A stretch of DNA of 63,746 bases, filler included, from Octopus bimaculoides (taxonomy: Eukaryota): the NCBI RefSeq assembly GCF_001194135.2. It is 5 parts of 4 records of this genome, joined end to end, with 100 filler letters (N's around TTAATTAATTAA, not from the genome) between each part and the next. Parts side by side here need not be neighbours in the genome. Positions count along the whole stretch, not along the records: positions 1 to 16,731 come from NC_069000.1; positions 16,832 to 25,984 come from NC_068996.1; 3 more parts are not named here. The stretch is one strand, 5' to 3'. Within the stretch, counting starts at the first letter, position 1. The number at the start of each line of letters is the position of its first letter. A program made the translations under genes and the position numbers. Positions 13,690-24,054 of the stretch are shown piece by piece. The notes below the pieces were generated by a model, which searched no databases, was not told the origin of the DNA, and saw only the letters and a list, made by a program, of their open reading frames with translations.

Positions 13690-14030
13690 AATATGACAAA
13701 AAAAATTTGCGCAAATGAACCTGGTGGTGCCGCCTCCATAAAAGTCTCACCCGAGGCGGAGCGCTCCTCCCCCACTCTAGGTACGCTAGTGTCTCTATGT
13801 ATAATTAACCGTTATATATATGGCGTTAGCCAAACTGAACGTCCCCTCCTTCAAAGGCAACGCACATTCAACAACAACAAACATACGTATTTCATGTGGC
13901 CGCCCTGTGCGGTCTATGCACCTCCACACCACGCCACTGACACCTTGCCTATATTTTGCTTAAATAGTATCGAGGCATGTCTGCAATTGAATATTATTAT
14001 GATTATAGCAAACAGTGATAATTGGTGAAA
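13690..14030. promoter_or_regulatory. CpG-retaining unique region, candidate promoter or non-coding first exon
   Basis: Abrupt GC/CpG rise after a CpG-poor 13 kb. Strong donor-like sites on both strands: - strand CGG|GTGAGA (intron would start at 13750) and + strand TAG|GTACGC near 13781. Confidence 0.35.
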
Positions 14031-14111
14031 CCAAATAGTGAGCTTTAAATATTCAATTCAAAATACTTATGAATTAAGGGAAACCAGTATAAGCTCTATT
14101 ACTAATATCTT

Positions 14112-14490
14112 AGTGGAGGTGCAATGGCCCAGTGATTAGGGCAGCGGACTCGCGGTCATAGGATCACGGTTTCGATTCCCAGGCCGGGCGTTGTGAGTGT
14201 TTATTGAGCGAAAACACCTAAAGTTCCACGAGGCTCCGGCAGGGGATGGTGGCGAACCCTGCTGTACTCTTCCACCACAACTTTCTCTCACTCTTACTTC
14301 CTGTTTCTGTTGTACCTGTAATTTAAAGGGTCAGCCTTGACACACTGTGTCACGCTGAATATCCCCGAAAACTACGTGTCTGTGGAGTGCTCAGCCACTT
14401 GCACGTTAATTTCACGAGCAGGCTGTTCCATTGATCAGATCAACTGGAACCCTCGACGTCGTAAGCGACGGAGTGCCAACAACAACAACA
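14112..14490 (+). mobile_element. tRNA-derived SINE, family B
   Basis: Head GGAGGTGCAATGGCCCAGTGATTAGG...GGTTTCGATTCCC and (AAC)n tail; highly similar to 37189-37574. Confidence 0.92.
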
Positions 14491-15116
14491 ATATCATCAG
14501 TAACTTTAAGTAATTAATTTCATTGGTTAATTGTCTAAAAATATGCTCATTTTCCACGCCTACTCAAATGACTGAAACAAGTAAAAGAATATAATTAGAA
14601 GTAATTAGATTTGTGATGGTCATTAACTGCTGATCGAGATAGAGGCAGCACCGACTTAACATAGGGCTTGTCTTGGACATTTCAAACCAAGAGATTTCTT
14701 CCAATCAGAATGAAAAAAATCGGCTCTGTTACTGGACTGATATTTTATTTATTGATTCCGAAAACATGAAAAGTAACGTTGAACATGGCAGGGGTCGCAA
14801 CGAATACTGGAAGGCATTCTATCGGGTTGTATTAATAATAACTCTGCCGATTCCTTGCTTTATTCGCAAATAATAAATTTAACAAAACGAAAGACATAAA
14901 AAGGGAAATAAATCTTTACTATTTGCAAAAGTAAGCAATCACGAGCTAAAGCAAAAGACGGTAACTCTTTAAAATTCATTTAGTGTGTTGAAACAAATGT
15001 TGTTGTATTTGGGGATGGTCATATTGCCAGTTTAGCCAATAAAAACACACGCACTGTATATTTGGTGTTAATTTGCTTCAGCTTTATATTACATTACATT
15101 ACATTAATCCTATTTC

Positions 15117-15160
15117 GGCCAGAGTTCTTTCGTCACACTTCTGTGACCTCATCAGTGGTC
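15117..15160 (-). ncRNA. Minimal type-I hammerhead ribozyme-like motif (Penelope type)
   Basis: - strand reads CCA-CTGATGA-G-GTCAC(AGAAGT)GTGAC-GAAA-G-AA-C-TC-TGG: core motifs, a 5-bp stem II, a 2-bp stem III, UC cleavage site and stem I CCA/TGG. Confidence 0.6.
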
Positions 15161-15373
15161 CTTTGCTTTCTTCTTTCTTATGTGTGTCCCTCCTTGCTAA
15201 CTATCAGCCCGAAAATACTTCATACCCATCACCAACATCAGCAAATGCTAAACATTTTGTAAAGTTCGAGTGAGATCTACAATAGATTACATTTACGACA
15301 TCCGAGGCAGTGTTACTATTACACATACAGATATACAGGCTCGCATCAAAAGAACAAAAAAAAGGAAAGATTT

Positions 15374-15402
15374 CTAACCCTAACCTTAACTCTAACCGTA
15401 AC
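15374..15402. repeat. Degenerate (CCCTAA)-like telomeric-type hexamers running into a 527-N gap
   Basis: CTAACCCTAACCTTAACTCTAACCGTAAC lies directly before the Ns. Confidence 0.6.
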
Positions 15403-15959
15403 NNNNNNNNNNNNNNNNNNNNNNNNNNNNNNNNNNNNNNNNNNNNNNNNNNNNNNNNNNNNNNNNNNNNNNNNNNNNNNNNNNNNNNNNNNNNNNNNNN
15501 NNNNNNNNNNNNNNNNNNNNNNNNNNNNNNNNNNNNNNNNNNNNNNNNNNNNNNNNNNNNNNNNNNNNNNNNNNNNNNNNNNNNNNNNNNNNNNNNNNNN
15601 NNNNNNNNNNNNNNNNNNNNNNNNNNNNNNNNNNNNNNNNNNNNNNNNNNNNNNNNNNNNNNNNNNNNNNNNNNNNNNNNNNNNNNNNNNNNNNNNNNNN
15701 NNNNNNNNNNNNNNNNNNNNNNNNNNNNNNNNNNNNNNNNNNNNNNNNNNNNNNNNNNNNNNNNNNNNNNNNNNNNNNNNNNNNNNNNNNNNNNNNNNNN
15801 NNNNNNNNNNNNNNNNNNNNNNNNNNNNNNNNNNNNNNNNNNNNNNNNNNNNNNNNNNNNNNNNNNNNNNNNNNNNNNNNNNNNNNNNNNNNNNNNNNNN
15901 NNNNNNNNNNNNNNNNNNNNNNNNNNNNGATTCTGAACTATCAACACAACAATATTTAT

Positions 15960-16240
15960 TGCAATAGAATTCGGCAGCACTTCGCCCTTTGGTTACTGAG
16001 ACGCCGTCAATGAAGTTGCGTGGTTATTTGTGTAGCTCCAGAGTTGGAATGTTGGAGAGAGGCTGCTACGACGTCTAGGCTTTTCGTCGGCCAGCGAGAA
16101 AGAGGATGAAAATCCGCGCGAAGCTTGAATATCGATGACTACGCATGCGCATGAGACTCTTCCTGTATTCCTACCAGAACCAGTCCCTGCGCATGCGTGG
16201 ATAGAAACTCCGAAAATGTCGTCTGCTATAAAGTCGTCAC
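15960..16240. promoter_or_regulatory. CpG-rich promoter-like region with two NRF1-type motifs
   Basis: ACGCATGCGCA at 16141-16151 and TGCGCATGCGT at 16188-16198 (inverted relative to each other), in unique CpG-rich sequence. Confidence 0.45.
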
Positions 16241-16731
16241 TACAAAGGAAATGGGGGTGGGGGTAATTTAAAAATGCCGATTTTTGGCAATTTTTTGCAG
16301 ATTCGTGTTCCCCGTAGCCATCTATATTTCAATGAGTAATGTTGTTACGAGTTGTAGTGCTGATAGAGAAATTGTTGTAATAACTACGATACAAGTAGTA
16401 GTTAAGTAGGCATAACTACAGAGTTGTACCCCCCAGACTTTGGAAGGTCATAACTTTCAGAAAAATGAATATTTTTTAATGAAATTTTCTATGCATATAG
16501 TATTTATTATGTAGATTCCGAATATACAAAATTTTCCGGTGAAAGTGTTTTGGAATGGGGGTGAGGGACAATTTTCGGAAATTCCAACAGAGTCCACTTA
16601 AATTCTTCTTAACTTCCAGGAAAATGAATATTTTTTCGTGCATAACTACAGAGTTGTACCCCCACGACTTTGAAAGGTCATAACTTTCAGAAGAAATTTT
16701 CTATGCATATATTATTTATTATGTAGATTCC
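16238..16731. repeat. Repeat with a ~230-bp-period internal duplication, probably of DNA-transposon origin
   Basis: GCATAACTACAGAGTTGTACCCC...CATAACTTTCAGAA...TTATGTAGATTCC occurs at about 16410 and 16640. Confidence 0.6.
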
Positions 16732-16831
16732 NNNNNNNNNNNNNNNNNNNNNNNNNNNNNNNNNNNNNNNNNNNNTTAATTAATTAANNNNNNNNNNNNN
16801 NNNNNNNNNNNNNNNNNNNNNNNNNNNNNNN
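16732..16831. other. Artificial assembly linker (44N-TTAATTAATTAA-44N)
   Basis: Exactly 100 nt, stop codons in all six frames, identical at four positions in the window. Confidence 0.97.
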
Positions 16832-16869
<38 letters not shown>

Positions 16870-16872
<3 letters not shown>

Positions 16873-17340
16873 TTTTCCCTTGTTAACAATTAACATGGAA
16901 AAAATAGATAAATAGTTCATATAAGTGATATCTACCATTATATACAATTTAAACATTGATTTTCTTCTTACATTTCACTTCTACTAGATATATCTTGTTC
17001 CAAGACTTTAGGGTTTTATTTAATTTACATATCATTCTATACTTCTCATTTATTTGGTTTCTGATTTTTTCTTTCCTTTACCCCCTCCTCTTTCTATAGG
17101 ATACCTTTGACGTTACATCCTCTAATGTCTTTTTTTTAAAAAAAACTTAATAGTGTTCAATTCATCACAATACATATCCATCATTTTCTGTTAAAATGTC
17201 TTATTGACGAATTTCATTTATTCAATGCCCTGAAGAGAAGATTACATTGTTTTACACCATTTTATTCCTTTGGAATAATACCAGTGATATCTTTGAAACA
17301 TGTGTCGGAAGTAAAAGAATTTGAATAACACCTGTGTTTA
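16870..17340 (+). mobile_element. Decayed Penelope-like 3' end with hammerhead remnant
   Basis: Pyrimidine-rich body followed by CC-CTGAAGA-GAAGAT...ATCTT-TGAAACATGTGTCGG at 17228-17308. Confidence 0.45.
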
Positions 17341-17363
17341 ACTCCAATTATTTATTTATATAT

Positions 17364-17566
17364 TCTTTTCTACTCTAGACACAAGGCCTGAAATTTTGGG
17401 GGAGGAGGCCAGTCGATTAGATCAACCCCAGCACACAACTGGTACTCAATTTACGACCCCGAAAGGATGAAAGGCAAAGTCAACTTCTGTGGAATTTGAA
17501 CTCAGAGCAGATGAGATACTGCTAAGCATTTTGCCTGGCATGTTAATGTTTCTGCCAACTCACCTT
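17364..17566 (-). mobile_element. SINE family A, CpG-decayed
   Basis: ATTCTTTTCTACTCTAGACACAAGG tail and GAAAGGATGAAAGGCAAAGTCAAC core. Confidence 0.85.
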
Positions 17567-17857
17567 ATATATATNNNNNNNNNNNNNNNNNNNNNNNNNN
17601 NNNNNNNNNNNNNNNNNNNNNNNNNNNNNNNNNNNNNNNNNNNNNNNNNNNNNNNNNNNNNNNNNNNNNNNNNNNATATATATATATATATATATATATA
17701 TAGATGTATGTGTATCTTTGTGTCTGTGGTTGTCCCCCACCACCACTTGACAGCTGGTGTTGGTGTGTTTACATCCCAGTAACTTAGCAGTTTGGTAATA
17801 AAGCCTGATAGAATAAGTACCACGCTTTAAAAGAAATAATTAGTACAAGGGTGGATT

Positions 17858-18845
17858 CATCATCATCAGCATCATCGTTTAACATCCGTTTTCCATGCTG
17901 GCATGGGTTGGACAATTTGACTGAGGTCTTGAGAGCCAGCAGCCATACAAGGCTCCAATCTGATCTGGCAATGTTTCTACAGGTGGATGCCCTTCCTAAC
18001 GTCAACCACTCTGAGAGTATAGTGGGTGCTTTTTACATGCCACTGGCACAGGAGCCAGTTAGGTGGGCCTGACATCGATCACGTTTGGGTAGTGCTTTTT
18101 ATGTGCCACCGGCACGGGGGCTAGTGAGGGTACTGGCATTGGCCACGTTCAGTTGATGCTTTTTATGTGCCACCAGCACAGGAGCCAGTCACGTGGACCT
18201 GGCATCAACCACATTCGGATGGTGCCTTTTACGTGCCACTGGAATGGGAGCCAGTCAGGAGGCATTGGCCACAGCTACGATATTGGTTTTACTTGACTCA
18301 ACAGGTCTTCTCAAGCATATCATATTGCATGATGCATCAGGGGTACTCTTAACTGGGCCAGATGTGTGTAGCTGAGATCTCGCATTAGTTGTCGGACCTT
18401 TTCAATCACAGCATATCTCCAAAAGCCTCAGTCTCCTGTCATTGCCTCTGTGAGGCCCAATGTTAGAAGGTCATGCTTCACCACCTCATCCCATGTCTTC
18501 CTGGGTCTACCTCTTCCACAGATTCCTTCCACAGTTAGAGAGTGGCTCTTCCTTACACAGCTGTCCTCATCCATACGTAACACATGACCATACCAGCGCA
18601 GTCCTATCTCTTGGACATTTGATGCTTCTTATGCCCAACTTTTCTCTCTGTTGTGTATGCACATTGATATTACACATCCAGCGGATCATACTAGCTTCAT
18701 TTCTTTCAGCAGCCATGGACCCTGTTTCGCTGCTGTGTAGCATGGCAGTTTCCACACAAGCATCATACAGTCTACCTTTCATCCTGAGTGAAAGGCCCTT
18801 AGTTGCTAGCAGAGGTAGGAGCTCCCTGAACTTTGCCCAGGCTAA
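17858..18845 (-). mobile_element. 5'-truncated RTE-clade LINE
   Basis: KGRLYDACVETAMLHSSET...ERNEASMIRWMCN; same 3'UTR and (GAT)n tail as 6319-7440. Confidence 0.9.
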
Positions 18846-19263
18846 CTCAAATGGAATAATGGTATGAATTAAGATAAGCTAAGGGGTGATGCATTGGATA
18901 CCATACACAAATAAAATTTTCCATTATCTCCTAGTTGGAAGAAGAAAACAAAACCTGATTAAGAATTAATCTATTAAAGTTGATTTTCCTATTAAGGGAA
19001 AAGACAGTCACAACTCTGTTTTGATGCAAGGGAGACAATACTTGACATGTTTCTGTCTTTTCGACCTCATCAACATAGTGTAGCTTACCCATGTCCACTT
19101 TGATCATTTGAAGTATAGAAAAAGCATCTAGAATAATTTTTTGGCCAGTGTAATTAATATTTTTCTTAGGCCATTTAATGTATTGTTGTTGTTGTTATTA
19201 TTACTATTATTATGGAAGACTGCCTGCTAGAAAAATGATTAGAGTACTGGACAAAATGCTTAA

Positions 19264-19587
19264 CCCATAAAACGCTGGGATTTGCACTTACATCGCATGG
19301 ACTGCTGAGCACATTTAATGAAAAATGAGACTACTATTCACACATAAAAAACAAAACAATAGTTAAAATATCTTCTCAGTATATAATGGTGGCAAGTTTT
19401 ACATCATCCGAAAAGTCATTAGTTGAGCTATTAGTCCTCTTGCATTCGGGGGGGGGGGTATCAGAGCGTTTGAGTGACATTAGACCCCAAAAAACGCCCA
19501 TAAATTAAATGCATCTATCTGGGCCATGATCGTGGCCTGTCGACCTGTGCCTAACGGCCATGATCATGGCCCGTCGTATTTTATGTG
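19264..19587. mobile_element. piggyBac-type MITE inserted into a family-A SINE
   Basis: TTAA|CCCATAAAACG ... CGTATTTTATGTG|TTAA, with subterminal palindromic repeats GGCCATGATC(G/A)TGGCC. The host SINE resumes at 19592. Confidence 0.75.
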
Positions 19588-19591
19588 TTAA

Positions 19592-20195
19592 TAGCATTTC
19601 TTCTGGCTTTACATATTGAATTCAAATGCATCTGCGGTTAACTTTGCCTTTCGTCCTTTTGGGGTCGATAAAATGGGTACCAGAGGAGCACTGGGGTTGA
19701 AGTAATTGACTAGTTCTATCCCCCCTTCCCAAAATTTCAAGTTTTCTGCTTATTATAAAAACAATTATTATTATTATTTTTGTTATTATTATTATCATTA
19801 TTATTAAGGTGGTGAGCTAGCAAAAACGTTAGCATGCCAGGCAAAATGCTTAGCAGCATTTCGTCCATCTTTATGTTCTGAGTTCAAATTCCTCTGAAGT
19901 CAACTTTGCCTTTCATCCTTTCAGGTTCGATAAATTGAGTACCAGTGAAACACTGGGGGCCAATGTAATCGACTAGTCCCTTCACCACAGAATTTTAGGC
20001 CTTGTGCTTTTAGTAGAAGAAAGGAATCGTTAGCATGGCAGGCAAAATGCTTAGCGGCATTTTGTCTGACTTTATGTTCTGGGTTCAGATTCCACCGAGG
20101 TTGACTTTATCTTTCATCCTTCGGGGGATTAGTAAAATAAGTACAGTTGATCACTGGGCTTACCCCTGCCCCCAAAATTACTGCCAAAATTTGAA

Positions 20196-20239
<44 letters not shown>

Positions 20240-20249
20240 CATTATCCAG
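19592..20249 (+). mobile_element. Three tandem family-A SINE copies with (TTA)n tails
   Basis: Core GT(C/T)(A/G)ACTTTGCCTTTC(A/G)TCCTT repeated near 19640, 19900 and 20100. Confidence 0.85.
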
Positions 20250-20541
20250 GTTGATAAAAAGCAATATGGTGAATAATAGTAAACTGGAAGCTGAAGATTC
20301 CATTGAACTCAGTTTAACAAAAGAAATTATTATTCTTGAGCAACACCTGTACCGTCCACCTCGTATCCACAATGACGACAAAATGAAAAGGCATCTTATT
20401 CAAAGAGTTTTGGATATTTGGTCAGATCCAGTGTCCAGAAGTGGTGATTCTGATGTGTCAACAGATATAAGGATATGTCAAAGGTCAGGACCAGTAACTG
20501 GAGAACTTCTGCAGCCACATGCAGTGATACGATTCAAAATT
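20250..20541 (+). CDS. GSTCD: GSTCD-like internal exon (glutathione S-transferase C-terminal domain-containing protein)
   Basis: Acceptor ...ATTATCCAG|G and donor ATT|GTAAGT (phase 0). Peptide EIIILEQHLYRPPRIHNDDKMKR matches the GSTCD motif I recall from human (EILQLEKKLSEPVRVHNDDKLRR). The 5' boundary is less certain than the 3'. Confidence 0.85.
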
Positions 20542-20750
20542 GTAAGTTATATTGTACAAGTTTTATTTATATATCTTTCTGTTGTGTTCCTCAGTGTTTT
20601 TCTCTCTCTCACTGTGACTCTTCCTATCTCTGTCTGTCTCTTTTTATCACTCTTTCTTTCCTCTCATTTCTCTCTGCCTCCTCCTATCTCTCCTTGTTGT
20701 TTCCTATCTTTCTCTCTGTCTCTTCATGTTTTTTTTGTCTCTCTATTTCT

Positions 20751-20895
20751 GGTGTTAGGAAGGGCATCCAGCCATGAAAAAAAAACATGCCAAAACAGAC
20801 ACTGGAGCCCGGTGCAGTTTTCTGCCTAACCAGCTCCTGTTAAACCATCCAATCCATGCCAGCATGGAAAGTGGATGTTAAATGATGATGATGAT
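20751..20895 (+). mobile_element. Short RTE 3'-end copy
   Basis: GTTAGGAAGGGCATCC...CCATGCCAGCATGGAAAGTGGATGTTAAATGATGATG. Confidence 0.8.
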
Positions 20896-21160
20896 AATGT
20901 GTGTGTGTGTGTGTGTACGTGCTTGTAAGTGTGTATGTATGGATGTTGGATGGAGGCATGCACGCATGCATCTGCCTGTACATATGTATGTATGTATGTA
21001 TGTATGTATGTGTGTACATGCATGTATGTATGTATGTATGTATGTATGTATGTATGCATGTATGTATGTATTCATTCAGTTTCTGCTCACAAGTCATGGG
21101 AGCTGTGCTGTTTCTGATATGCCCACGTGTGTTAGACACATGGAGCTCAAAAAGGTGCTC

Positions 21161-21562
21161 ATTCAGATTACTCTGTCAAATATAATGCTTATGTATTCAC
21201 ATCATTTAAATTAATTGTACCTTATCTCGTAGCTTTGAAATTTCAATGACATGAGTGTTTACAATGACACTGCAGGGTAGGTGTGAGAGGCCACATTTTG
21301 TCAGTTTGAACACAAAACAGGTAGAATATTTGGGACCAGATATGACTGGTTTAACTCTTTAATTTTCAGATTATTCTATCAAATGTAATGCATTATCTTG
21401 AATTAATCCTGCATTATCTCATAGCTCTGCTATTTCAATGATGTGATTATTTATTTTTAGAATGATATTGTAAGGTGAGTGTGAAAGGCTGGATCTGGCC
21501 AATTTGTACATAAAGATAGCAGAATATTTGGGTTGAATACAGCCAGATTAAATACTAAAGGG
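21161..21562 (+). mobile_element. Two tandem copies of a piggyBac-type (TTAA) MITE
   Basis: The second copy 21355-21562 is bounded by TTAA on both sides and ends CTAAAGGG|TTAA. Internal sequence matches 21161-21350 and 22596-22816. Confidence 0.7.
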
Positions 21563-21570
21563 TTAATAAT

Positions 21571-21718
21571 CATCATCATCATCATCATCGTTTAATGTCT
21601 GCTTTCCATGCTAGCATGGGTTGGACGATTTGACTGAGGACTGGTGAACCAGATGGCTACACCAGGCTCCAATCTGATTTGGCAGAGTTTCTATGGCAGG
21701 ATGCCCTTCCTAACGCCA
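21571..21718 (-). mobile_element. Short RTE 3'-end copy
   Basis: (CAT)n-CGTTTAATGTCTGCTTTCCATGCTAGCATGGGTTGG. Confidence 0.85.
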
Positions 21719-21978
21719 GTGAACAATCTAGATTACAGGATGTTTCAAACTGAAATATTTACAAGAAAATCAACATATTGGTTTAATATCAAATTTTTAT
21801 TTGTCTGCAGTTTTACTTACTCAGTAGGTTAGTCAGTATAGCTGTACTTCAGTACTTTTTAATGTTTGTCATATACTGTCACTCTCTCTTTCTCTCTCTT
21901 TTTTGCTCTCTTCCTCTCATTTTTCTGCTTGTTTAAGACATACACGCACGCATGCATGCATGTACGCGCACACACACA

Positions 21979-22016
<38 letters not shown>

Positions 22017-22240
22017 CTGATTTTATTTTACACTATTGTCAATATTTTTGACCACATTAATGTAAATTATCTCCCTTAGAAATTTTAACAAAACATGATG
22101 TCAATACTTGAAGTGTTATCAATCTTACTATATATTTACATATACTTATATATACTATATATACTGTATTTTCTATATATATATAGTATAAACTATATAT
22201 ACTATCATACTTATTTATATACTATAGATAATTTTTTTTT

Positions 22241-22570
22241 GTGAAGGCGCATGGTTCAGTGGTTAGAGCGTCGAGCTTGCAATCGTGAGGTTGTGAGTTC
22301 GATTCCTGGACCGGGCTGAGTGTTGTGTTCTTGAGCAAGGCACTTTATTTCACATTGCTCCAGTTCACTTGGCTGTAGAAATGAGTTGCAATATCACAGG
22401 TGCCAAGCTGTATCAGCCTTTGCCTTTCCCTTGGATAGCACTGGTGGTGTGGAGAGGGGAGACCGGCATGGGTAACTGCTGGTCTTCCATAAACAACCTT
22501 GCCCGGACTTGTACCTGGGAGGGTAACTTTCTAGGTGCAATCCCATGGTCAGTCATGATCGAAGGGGGTC
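22241..22570 (+). mobile_element. tRNA-derived CORE-like SINE
   Basis: GGCGCATGGTTCAGTGGTTAGAGC...GAGTTCGATTCC head, then TTGTGTTCTTGAGCAAGGCACTTTATTTCAC. Confidence 0.85.
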
Positions 22571-22595
22571 ACAGCAGATAATTTTTATTGCTTAA

Positions 22596-23004
22596 CTCCT
22601 TAGCATTCTGATTACTCTGTCAAATGCTCTGCTTATTTATTCACATTGTTTTGAATTAATCATAAATTATTTCATGGTTTTAAAATGTCAATGATTTGAT
22701 TGCTTATTTTTTAGAATGACATTGTAAGGTAGGTGTGTGAAACCAGATTTGGCTGGTATCAACATAAAACAGGCAGAACATTTGGGTCAGATGTGGCTGG
22801 TTTAATTGCTAAAGAGTTAGCCCTTTAGCATTTAAACTGGCCATGTCCAGCCCAGATATTATACTTGTTTTATGTTCAAACCAGTTAGACCTGACTTCTT
22901 ACACTTACCCCATAGTATCATGCTAAAACTACAGAATCACATCATTGAAATCTCCAAAGTTATGTGATAATGCATGATCAGAGTAATTTGAAGATTCAAA
23001 GATT
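22596..23004. mobile_element. Two copies of the same TTAA MITE in tail-to-tail inverted orientation
   Basis: Forward copy 22596-22816, shared TTAG at 22817-22820, reverse copy from 22821 (CCCTTTAGCATTTAAACTGGCC...), internally deleted. Confidence 0.75.
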
Positions 23005-23501
23005 AGCAATAACAGGAAATTAATTTTGTGAATGTAAACATTGTGTAAACCCTCTTTTAAGTGCTTTTTGAAATCGTTGGGTTGAATGTGGTGAATGTCA
23101 TGTTTCTGTCTGCCTTCAGCTTGCCACGAACTTTCCAACAGAGTGGGAAATATGTCCAGTGATAGAAACACAAACGTTCCTATGGTTGGATGCCCTTCCT
23201 AACACCAACCACTTTACAGAGTGTGGTGGGTGCTTTTCTTTCTTGTGGCACCAGAACTCTGGCAGTAAAATATTTCTTCAAATATAACTCTTTATAATCA
23301 ATGCTAGCATGGATAAGAAAAACAAAAGACATTAAACAAATGACAAACTCTATGGTTTTTATTCTAAGGTTTTATCTTCGTGTTTTAATACTAAAAGTTT
23401 ACAAACTAAACCAGAAAAAAAAAAAAGAAGTTAAAATGAAAACAAAAACAAGAAAAAGCAGACAATATATTCAAAACAATGACAATTATTTTCTACTGCA
23501 G

Positions 23502-23747
23502 CCTGTAAATAATGCTGAAAAATGTAATGGTGATGAGACAGTGTCTTCGGAAATGAAATATTTTCCCAGAAGTAACAATCGTAATGGAAATACCAAGGTC
23601 AACAATGGCAAAGATGTGGAAGAAATATTGCAGAGAATTATGAACAAGATGAGAATTGATGACATTATCTTAGATCATCTGTATGTTGAAGGAATCGAGA
23701 TGACCGTGGCTGATCTTATGTTGTTTGTCTTCACTTATCATTTCATT
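23502..23747 (+). CDS. GSTCD: GSTCD-like internal exon (start of the GST-C helix region)
   Basis: Acceptor TTTTCTACTGCAG|CCT and donor ATT|GTAAGT; 246 nt, phase 0-0, in frame with the previous exon. Peptide LDHLYVEGIEMTVADLMLFVFTYHFI versus recalled human LEHVFAEGLYFTLADIVLLPCIHHFL. Confidence 0.9.
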
Positions 23748-24054
23748 GTAAGTAATGACTACTCTGTCCAGTATTTTATCTTTCTCTGTGATCTTTACTT
23801 TGTTTATCAAACTGTGGTTCATTACCACCAGCCTGTTGAGGGTTTTTTTTTATAATGCACTACTCTCTCTCTCTCTCTCTCTCTCTTCCTCTCCCCCTCC
23901 CTTTTTCTCTCTCGAATCCTCTGATTTATTTACAAAAGAAAAGGAAAACTTTATCATTAGCATCATCATTGTCATAATCATCATCATCATCATCGTTGTC
24001 GTTGTCAACATTATCAACATCATCATCATCATCATAATCATCACCATTTTAATT

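Noticed and set aside
13620-13739. - strand ORF MEAAPPGSFAQIFF...
   Set aside because: 39 codons, no homology recognised, and it lies downstream of a stronger donor.
14112-14185. tRNA-like heads here and at 22241, 37189, 38716 and 56231 as tRNA genes
   Set aside because: They continue directly into SINE cores and tails and lack a 3' acceptor strand.
16238-16250. CACTACAAA resembling a CACTA transposon end
   Set aside because: No matching right end or 3-bp TSD is visible because the sequence is cut by the linker.
16776-16787. TTAATTAATTAA palindrome recurring four times (also 26029, 53267, 62642)
   Set aside because: Always centred in exactly 44+44 Ns; it is a six-frame-stop assembly spacer, not biology.
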